A stretch of DNA of 63,216 nucleotides, counting the filler, from Sphacelaria rigidula (Eukaryota), in NCBI GenBank assembly GCA_964200075.2. It is 6 parts of 6 records of this genome, joined end to end, with 100 filler letters (N's around TTAATTAATTAA, not from the genome) between each part and the next. Parts side by side here need not be neighbours in the genome. Positions count along the whole stretch, not along the records: positions 21,108 to 31,560 come from CAXNAA020006463.1; positions 31,661 to 42,112 come from CAXNAA020006464.1; 4 more parts are not named here. One strand, 5' to 3'. Both the position numbers and the translations under genes were made by a program. The notes beneath the pieces are model-generated. The model did not search any database and was not told where the DNA came from. It was given only the letters and a program-made list of their open reading frames with translations. How positions within the stretch are numbered: the stretch's first letter is position 1; each line of letters starts with the position of its first letter. Shown here piece after piece: positions 23,543-33,071 of this stretch.

Positions 23543-26465
23543 CGAGCTGGGCCAGCCTGAAAACGGATTTAAGCTCTCAAAGTAATATCTCATCGACACA
23601 GACGAGTTGGGCTGTGATCCGCATATCGTATTAATCGTCTAATCAAGGGGAAGGTGCTCATCTGCTCAAAAATCTTGGCCGATATTTTATCGTTGATTAA
23701 ACCCCATGCCTAGTAATTCCTGTACCGTACGGAGATAGCGTCCAAACTAAAATGAATATGAGACCCCGAACGATACATTCAGCGGATGATGGCAATGTTT
23801 GGTGTGGACCTTCCCTGGAGCACGGGAAGACGATATACACCCTCACCTCCACCCGATCCGTAATCTATCTCGAGATATGGCGCACGTAAGTTTTCAACAT
23901 AAAATCAATAATTACGAGCAGATGCGCTAGACTAGCTAAATGTGGATATCGTGGATATCGCGTCTCAGTTTTTGAGAGTTGTACTATGAAATTTCGCATG
24001 GAGAACCGCTCGTGCATAGTAAATGCACCAACACTTTGTATTTTTTTCGTATATTCTTCATTTTTTTTTTCAATTTTTCGTGGTTTAAGTTGAGTTTTGA
24101 GGACAAATGAACATTGCTCCTGAGCCTTATCTCAATTTTTTAGCTCAATTTGTAGGATTGTGATTTGAAACTTAGCATGGAGGACCACGAAAGTGTGCCG
24201 AAAAAAAATGGGCTTCAATTTTTTGTCAGGAAGGTACGGTGCTCTCGTGAAAAATGGTATTTACCATACTATTGTAGATTGCCCTAAACCAGTGAAAAAA
24301 AATCAACCTCACCCACTGAGTTTTGCAAGGGTAGGTCGTGTAGAGTATACCCAATACTCAGTGTTTTTGAAGAGCCATACTTTTAGTACTCGAAGTATGA
24401 GTAGAGTATTTGAGGTCGTACTCTACCTTTTCAAGTAATCGAGTAGAGTATTTGAGATCATACTCAGTCTACTCGAAATTTGAGTAGAGTGTTGAGGTCA
24501 TACTCAAGTAATATGCTATACTTGAGTACTCCTGAGAATGCTTACTCAATGATCGAGTGGAGCATTTATTTAAGGTCGTACTCGATCTACTCAACGTTTG
24601 AGTAGAGTATTATTGGAAGCCGTACTCAACGTACTCGAAATTTGAGTAGAATATTTGAGACCATACTCAACCTACTCAAATTTTGAGTAGAGTATTGAGG
24701 TCATACTCAATTGATACTCTATACTCAAGTATCACTGAGAGAGCTTACTCAATATTTGAGTGGAGTATTTGAGGTCGTACTCGACCCACTCAAAATTTGA
24801 GTAGAGTATTTGAGACCGTACTCGACCTACTTGAACGTCGAGTAGAGTAAATACTTGAGTATTTTACTCGAGGACTCAAAATTTGAGTAGAGTATCGGAG
24901 GCCGACTCGACCTACTCAAAAATTGAGTCGAGTATCTGAGGCCGGATCCGACGTACCGAAAACCTATAACTTCAACTTCAATATTCAAGTTCGTACGCAA
25001 GATACTCAAAATCGGGTAGAGGAAATACCGAGGTATTCCTAGAGTTGCCCGACCCCATGATGAGTGTTGATTCAAGGTCAAACTGTCTTGTCAAACCGTG
25101 GTCAGTAGAGTCGCTCATTTTTTTGATAATACCTACTCGACTACTCGTCTACTCGATTACTCGATAATGATGAGTAGCGCTCTGTACTGAAAGTAATATC
25201 GAAGGCGTTGCGAGGTATCGAGTATAAACTGCCGTGGGTGGGGGCTGGTGAGATGCGGCGCTGGGGCAAGTAGGTTCGTTCACCTGCACGCTTCTTGATT
25301 TTTTATGGCCATCATTCGCTCGTACTCCTTGTTGGCTGTGATGTAACACCGTCCATCTAATTGATGGCCATCGTTCGCCCATGCATTCAACATAATCTCT
25401 TTGAACTTACGTCACGAAGTCGCCGACTGTCAGGGGTACTCACCATACCCAAGGGGAACTCTACACTCAAGTATTACTGGGAGTACTTACTCAATATTTG
25501 AGTACAGTATTTGAGGTTGTACTCAACCCACTCAAAAATTGAGCAGAGTATTTGAGACCATACTCGACCTACTAAAAAATTGAGAAGAATATTTGAGGCC
25601 GTACTCGACCTACTCAAAATTTGGGTAGAGCATTAAGGTCATACTCAAGTGATACTATATACTCAAGTGATACTCTATACTCAAGTATTACTGGGAGTAC
25701 TTACTCAATATTTGAGTACAATAGAGTATTTGAGGTCGTACCCAACCTACTCAAAATTTGAGTAGATTATTTGATACCATACTCAACCTACTCGAAATTT
25801 GAGTAGAGTATCTGAGACCGCATACCCGACCTACTCAAAATTTAATTAGAGTATCGAGGTCATACTCAAGAAGTGATACTCTACACTCAAGTATTGCTGG
25901 GCGTACTTACTCAATATTTGAGTATAGAGTATTTGAGGTCGTACTCGACCAACTCAAAATTTGAGTAGAGTATTTGAAGCCGTACTCGACCTGCTCAAAC
26001 GGTGAGTCGAGTAAGAAGTACGTGAGTATTTTTCTCGAGTAGTACTCAAAAGTACATACTCTACTCGACCCACCCTTGGAGTTTTGTCAATTATGCCCTA
26101 TCGGGGGCCCACAAAATTTTCAATAACACAAAAACCGAACGTGGGCCTGTGAGTGGCCTGCGAAATAATGTTCCGAATTTCCACCGATCCGGTTTTTAAA
26201 AGGCGAATGCGCCGGTCAATATTTATTTAGAGTTGCGAGCGCACCCTTCTTTTTTTTTCATGAGTTGAGGGCAATAATAAGTTTTCAGGTATCAGTAAAA
26301 TACCCTTTACTCATGAAAAATGATAGGTTTGGTACACTCATAATATATATTTTTCATGCCCTATGAATTAACTGTTCATACCATTATTTTTACGCTCCAA
26401 CTCTAATTATTGGCCGGCGCGTGGGCCTGCAAACTTCAAATCCGCCTCTAGGCTGGCCCAGCTCG
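23543..26465. mobile_element. Non-autonomous TIR element with TA TSD (Tc1/mariner-like), host to the nested hAT
   Basis: TA|CGAGCTGGGCCAGCCT ... AGGCTGGCCCAGCTCG|TA; no transposase ORF. Confidence 0.8.
24326..26078. mobile_element. Non-autonomous hAT element with large subterminal TACTC/GAGTA repeat arrays
   Basis: TIR CAAGGGTAGGTCGTGTAGAGTA vs TACTCTACTCGACCCACCCTTG; perfect 8-bp TSD GAGTTTTG (24318-24325, 26079-26086); ~40-bp repeats at ~24340-24960 and ~25455-26070. Confidence 0.9.
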
Positions 26466-26989
26466 TATCATTGTAGCGTTTAAGTTACAACAATAATAGG
26501 CTATTCGAAGCACATTGTTACAGTAGACGCGACTACAGCACATGATCAGAGGGGCCGGGTGTGAGTGTGTGTTGCATTGCCGTATGCTGTAAGACGTGTT
26601 GGGCAAAGAAAGTGTGTTCCACTCGACATTTTCTGCGGTACACGCCGATAACTCTCATGAAAGCCGTTCAAAATCAAAACCAACCGCGCCCGATTTTGAA
26701 CAGGTTGCAAAGAACTTATATGAAGCAAAAAGCTAGTAATGCTTTTGAGGGTATAATAAATGGCCTCACGACTTTGATTTTTGGTAGGTGGTGGGCGGCT
26801 ACTTGTGATCAAAATCGGGTGGCTATTGTGCTCGTCGATATTGAGGAGAATCACTAAAATATGGAAGGACGAGGGTCTTGAATAATAATATCTTATCAAG
26901 GCTTTTATCCATGTGAGGCGAACACCGCACGCAGTCGGTGCCACTGGAGCCACCGAAAGTGAACAAAACAAGACATTTTTTTGCAAGAG

Positions 26990-27251
26990 CATGCTTTCGT
27001 GAGATTTGAGAGTAGAAGATACGATTGGGAGAGAGAAGTGGTCAATTCATGAATGAATGAATCGTTTCAGTTCCGAAATCATCCTCCACGAGGCCTGACA
27101 CGCTTTCTGTAGTAGCTTGCCACTGAAGCCCTTGATATCCCTTGGTATAAGATATCGACTTGTAGCTGTAAGCACACGCCAGTGTTACAGGCAAAGAAGA
27201 ACACACACAGCATGAAAAGTTGGTTCTTCTCTCAATCTCACGAAAACAGTG
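26990..27251 (-). mobile_element. MITE family M1
   Basis: Reverse-orientation homology to 36923-37218. Confidence 0.7.
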
Positions 27252-30200
27252 TTCAATCCTACGGCAACGTTGTTGTTCAAGTTTGCGTTGACAGTGAGAT
27301 CGGACACGCTGCAACAACTCACTCGATTCTTCTCTTCTCCTAGCAGCGCTGGTTTTGGTCTGTTTCCCCCGTCGCCTCCAACCACACCCGTGGCCATGCA
27401 CCCCCACGGGTCCGGCCCGATTGCTCTCAGTTCTCCATCGGCATTCGTCACACGACAGTGGCTCTCCATCACGGCCTGTTAACTGAACATGAGGTAGCGG
27501 CGCGGGTCTAGCGCGGTAGAAGTGCGGTGGGGCAGAGCCGCGCGCCTAACAAACGAGGTACAGACAACTGGACGATAGCCTAGACGTTGCGGTCTAAGTG
27601 GCTTCCTTCGAACTGTCTGGTCGTGTACGATATTCGTGCTGATAGGGTCGTGGTTCTATGTGTGTGGGGGGATAGTGTAGAACACGGAAAGCAACGACGA
27701 GTGCGGCCAAAGGCAAACAGGAGTAGTTGACGGCCCTGGTCGCTTTCCTGAAACCCTTGTAAGCGTTCTGTTCGATGGTTGTTTAGCCATTTTCCAAACA
27801 TCTCAATCGGTGTCTAACCGTACTCTACTTCGGACTGTACTGCTGCTGTCTGTAGCCAAGCTGTAGCACACACTGTAAAGAACACATTCTCTCCACAACT
27901 TGCCTGTGATGAGCGACTGTCGTGATAAATATGTGTGCGTGTGCCGCATCAAGCGTGCACTTGCACATCGTATGCGTGTAGTGCAACATGTACGTGCGGG
28001 CACGCACCTAAATGAACAGATAATTGTAAAATATTATACCCACTCACAAACAGATGTGCGAACCCAGCACCCAGCTACGACAGGAGGAAGAGTGAAGTCA
28101 TCACCCACCCCCCCCCCCGTTACCTGCTTATACATTGTATATATATTGAGTGTTCAGTTGTCAATCTGCTGTCATCATATGCCCTTAGCTAGGCAACAGC
28201 ACAACAACCGTAAAAGCACTGCAGTACGCGCCGAGAGTTCGTTCGGCCGTTGCCGTGTTGCAGGCCGAGATGGATATGGGGCTCTCTGCTGCTTGCGGAT
28301 AATCCTTTGAATTGAACACATTTTCGGCCAATGCATGTTGCAGCTCGGTTCACAACGGGTACAAAACTCGATTTCGATCAGCTTTGCTGGAGGAAATCGT
28401 CAGCCACAGCTACTATGTTGCTGGGTGTTAGGTGAGCAGGAGACATGATCATGGGTGCGCAGTTCTAGTGCTGGTTGTAGTGCATCGCTGCCTGTATGCC
28501 TCTTCAAGGTCGTGCATCACGTTTCTTCACAACGTAACCCGACACATCGATCTTATTTTTTGGTGCAGTCAGGTGCAGTGTTGCGCGGGGGATACTGTCA
28601 CGTTGTTCACCACCACCCCCAAAACGATACCCCACGTAGGAAAGACTAAGGCTACGATAGTCCCCTCCCATCCCCGCCCCCGAAAAAAAAGGCTAGTGTC
28701 ATGAGGCAAAATCTACACGTGAATCGAAATGAAAAAAAGCCGGGCACAATGAGAAGCTGGGAATTCTCACGCTTCGAAAATTGCTATCGCCTAATCCCTG
28801 TTGCGCTTGTCGCCCACATTCCGCGCCAGCGCTGTGTTCCTAGCTTCTGTCAGCCACGATTGGACGTCCTTCAGGCTCACTATTCGTCTCGCCTCAAGGT
28901 TTGTTATTACTTTTCCGCGTGCTTCTACGACGAACCTCGGGTCGGTAAAGGTAGGATCAGGAGTGACACCTACAGTTTGAGGTGTGGGACCACGCACACG
29001 GATGGACTTGGTCTTTTGCCTATCGCTATCGCGCCCATGTCGCTCGAAGGAAAGCAGAAAACAATTATCCCGGCTGCATGATAAGCAATCCGAATTTGAT
29101 TGGTAACTCTGCAAAAGCGCAGCGGCGCGCGCGCTAGTGTAATCCACACAACCCAGGAATATCCCCACCTCTGCAACCCGTGCAGCACCGAGGTTACGCC
29201 AGCATTTGCCTTCGCCGAGCCCCCGTCGATGACGCGCCACGCACAGCCGCGAGGCCGGGTCGTGTGTCTGACCACAACATGAGCACGTACACCACTCGCC
29301 TTCAACAAAGGGGAACGTGATACCACACTCATCGCGACCACAGCCCCGCTTCGGTCTGCCTCGACCACTGCTTCTACTGACGGGTTTCGACTTCGCCGGC
29401 GCCGACTGCTCCCTCCTATAGCTATCACGATTTCCGAGATGGCCTTGTGCACTACGGCGTCCCGTCGTTATCCTCCCTCGTTTACCGCGCCTTCGATGTC
29501 TGCTACAACCATCATGGGGGGATGGCGTGTCTGCTTTTCCCGATCCCTCGTAACCTCGCCTCTAGCCCGATTCGTTGGCATCGATGCAACCTCCTCCTCG
29601 GCAGGCCTTGCCGTAGATGAGCTGAGGCGAGGTCAGGTGCAGCAGCACGTCTAACCTTCTTGTTACTTTTCGCTTCGATTCTGATGTGGAAGCGTTGGGA
29701 AGTGTTGGTTTCGAAGAGCACGGCGAGCCCGGTCGCTTGTCACAGTGTCCGAGGGCGTTGAAAGCCCCCCTGGCAACCCTCCGGGAGGCCCCAGTGATGC
29801 ATTATATGGGGAACGGATGCCGATGCCACCTCGGGGTAATGTACTGTCTTCAACCGATGTTCCCTTGTCCGATTCTTGTGCTGCTATGTAGCTTCCTGTT
29901 GCTCAGGCCACGTTCCCCATGCGGTACTCACGTCCGAGTGATTTATTATATTCCTTTTCCATCTCGATGCCGATTTGTGAGCATGCGGGGGTGTGCCTCT
30001 TCCGGGTCCGGGCGGGGTATGTCTGTTCTTGACGTTGGAAGATAAAGAAGAGCCCTCTACCTTCGCGGGTTTCCCGCGCGCACTTCTTCCGCCTTCGCGT
30101 GTGGATTGTTGTCGACCGATTTGATGCAAATAGCTTCCGTGTGTTTATGTCAGACTCCCAGGTTCTAGAGACGGTGTAGGTTGGGCCTTCCCTGGGCGAT

Positions 30201-30484
30201 CGACTCCCTACTTTTTCATTCTGCGAGCTTCGCCGGTCGTCACGCCCCCCCACCACCTCGTCGGATTCTACAGCAGCTGCACCATCAGCGACCGCGCCTG
30301 GCGCCCCAGAGTCACTGAACAGTGCAAGTGCGATCGCCCTGTATTTCCCATTGGACTGGGATTCAACTCCTCTCGCACTACGCCTCCTCTGCCGGCGTGC
30401 CCCCCGGCGATTATCCTCATATTTTCCATCGGCACTGCATGCTTTAAGGCTGTCGGTCGACAACTTCTCGGGCAGGATGCCACA

Positions 30485-30812
30485 TCCGTGCTGTGCTGTG
30501 CTGTGCTGTGCTGTGCTGTGCTATACTGTACTGTACTGTACTCAGGTGGGGTGTACTGTACTGTTTGTACAGTACACGGCAGTCCAGAGGGCCCATGAAC
30601 CGGTGCCGAGCAAATTATACTCCGGGGTATAGTTTTACCAACATCAACCAACACGTTTCGTCTGCGGCATGGATGGGCGATCAGCACAACCTTTTCCTGT
30701 GAAAAGATCGAGCTCTCTAGGTGGTGAAAGCCTCCACCGTGTCCCTGCCGGTGGCGTCACGTGAACGCGACGCTCTTCCATGACACCGGCGGCCAGGTTT
30801 CACGGGGGGGGT
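30485..30812 (-). mobile_element. SINE-like repeat family C with (CAGTA/CAGCA)n tail
   Basis: Homologous to 51120-51470 (ccggtggcgtcacg...acaccgg..caggtttcacg); pentanucleotide tail at 30488-30540. Confidence 0.6.
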
Positions 30813-30911
30813 GTACTCATTTGTGGCTTGCCTCAGTCGTTTGACCATTGACCACGCATCCCTTCCGAGACGGAGAAACCTGGGAGGGGGGGGGGGGGGG
30901 GGGGGGGGAGG

Positions 30912-31452
30912 CTACTAATGACCATGCATGCCACAGCCATCAGATCATTGACCTCGCATCCCTACAAAGCCGGTACGGAGTAAAACGGGTTTTCGCCGGA
31001 GCAGGCTCACACTCAATCATCAAGCGCGAAGCGCCGTGGTGTGTTCGGCGAGTCGCATAAAGGGTGAGCTTCATCCTACCAAGATTGTTCGGCCGGAACG
31101 TACTGATTACCTCGCATTTGGATGACAGCCTACAATGAGCTGCTTTATTTTCTGGTATCGCCACTACCACGAACAGCCACGGCTTATTCACTGCCTCATG
31201 GGTGTCTCACCATTTAAACACTATGTTGTACGATCATCCTCATTGTGTGAAGTTGAAATTCTCCCACGCCGCACAACATGATCTAGCTCGACTACGACCA
31301 CGGCTACCGCAAAAAACAACGCAAGCGCGCAAAACAAAATAGGTAATATGGTTGCCTTTTACAGCGTAATCGCCAACCAAGGCCAACAACATCGGGGGCC
31401 CGCCCCCACAAAGCCGGGACGGAGCACGCCGGGTTCTCGCCGGACCAGGCTG
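30912..31452 (-). mobile_element. Family B retroposon between G-runs, flanked by LINE 3' tails (30805-30875, 31455-31560)
   Basis: Reverse complement of 18812-19400. Confidence 0.85.
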
Positions 31453-32337
31453 CCGGGGGGGGGGGCGTACTCGTTCATTTGTTGCTTGCCTTAGTCGTTT
31501 GACCATTGACCACGCATCCCTTTCGAGACGGAGCACCGTTCCTACTCCTAATAGAGACACNNNNNNNNNNNNNNNNNNNNNNNNNNNNNNNNNNNNNNNN
31601 NNNNTTAATTAATTAANNNNNNNNNNNNNNNNNNNNNNNNNNNNNNNNNNNNNNNNNNNNGGAGTGAAAGGCCGCCTACGCCGCTGTAATGGCTGCCTGT
31701 ATCTTGGGCGAAGCTGTATGGTAACAAAGCCGCGGCTGGTGCGCCCACATATACCGAAAGGTGGAGACCGGCGTCCAGAATTCATGCGACGACAACACAC
31801 ACAGCACACTCGACGTTGCGCAGTACAATTTCCACGTCGTGTTCGTACTGTCTGTAGAATTTGTTTGTCCACGGTGGGGTACATTTTCCATATATTGTGC
31901 AGGGGCAAGATCTGGGCGAATTGCAGGTGAGGCAATCGCCGAAATATGCACCTGCAAGATCTGCTCCAGTGCACTGTAAGTTGACATCGCTAGAAGGACG
32001 CTACCATAACCATCTTGCCGGCTGCCAGACTGTCACAGACTGTCAGGACGTAGGATCCGCTAGCATTGCGACTGTCTGTACGGGGGTGTTACCCTCTTGT
32101 CAGATACGTTTTGGAGTATGATACTCGATGTAGATCATCCTTGTACATGGGCACCAAACGCTGAGAGTTCTCACTCAAGACTTCGATTCGGAGGATGACA
32201 CTTGATGGTCAGCAGCAACTGCTGTTTGTCGAGGTCCCCCTTGGAGCAAGATGCGTTTGGTGTCCGTTTGACGAAGTTATCCCCCAAAAAACGAAATCGA
32301 CAGGGGTTTTAGACTGGAAAAATATAGCAAAAAGAAA

Positions 32338-32432
32338 CACCGCAAGAATCCGATCGCAAGAATCCTGACGCAAAAAAACTATCGCAAGAATCAGGTCGCA
32401 AGAATCCTGACGCAAAAACGGAGTCGCAAAAA
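32338..32432 (+). repeat. Short tandem CGCAAGAATC-rich duplication (~43-bp unit x2)
   Basis: tcgcaagaatcctgacgcaaaaa repeated. Confidence 0.7.
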
Positions 32433-33071
32433 ACAAGTTGGGCGATTTTTTGCCCGCAGCAGAAACCAGCTTCACTTCGTGAAATTGGAATATATAAATT
32501 CGTATAGGGCATTCGGAACATAACCAAGTACACACGCTACGCTCTCTTGTCATAACCTCTGAGGACACCAAAAATAAGGACACTCCCCGCTTAAAAGTCA
32601 CCTTTTATACAAAAGCAACGTGCCCCGCAGGTAGCAAAGATACAGGGGGACTTCAGAATACAAACCGCGGAAACCCCTGAAAAAGGAAAGCCTCGCCGCA
32701 CGCGTACGTCAGCGTGCCGCATATGTTGTGTACGAAAAGCAAAAAAGTATGAGACTAACGCAAAGGAGTCATGTTTCTGTAGACTAATCAAAAGACAAGA
32801 GTTTTGCAAAAGCCACATAGATTCACGAAGGTAAAAAAACAACAAACAAAATATCTTCGTTGTAGCCTGTATTATAGTTAGCACCATGACGTGGTTTTCC
32901 CGGGACGTTGTGTGCCATTCCTCTTGTCCGACTGATGCCCCTCTCCAGGACACTTGATTTGACCCATAGCACACCTCCATTAACCCCGGGGATGGTAAAT
33001 TATGGCCCCCTGAATCGTAGTGACACCTTCCCGGGATAAGGACACCTTTGAACAAGAAAACGTGTGTGTTC

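Noticed and set aside
24326-26078. CRISPR-like array of palindromic ~40-bp repeats
   Set aside because: No unique spacers and no cas genes; bounded by TIRs and an 8-bp TSD, so a hAT element.
28790-30463. Minus-strand Arg/Gly-rich ORFs with a CSCCGQTH motif
   Set aside because: Possibly a decayed gag-like region, but fragmented and without diagnostic motifs; not assigned.
21108-31560. Downstream NAD-binding exons of the reductase-like gene
   Set aside because: Different contig, and no GGTGITP-like motif was seen.
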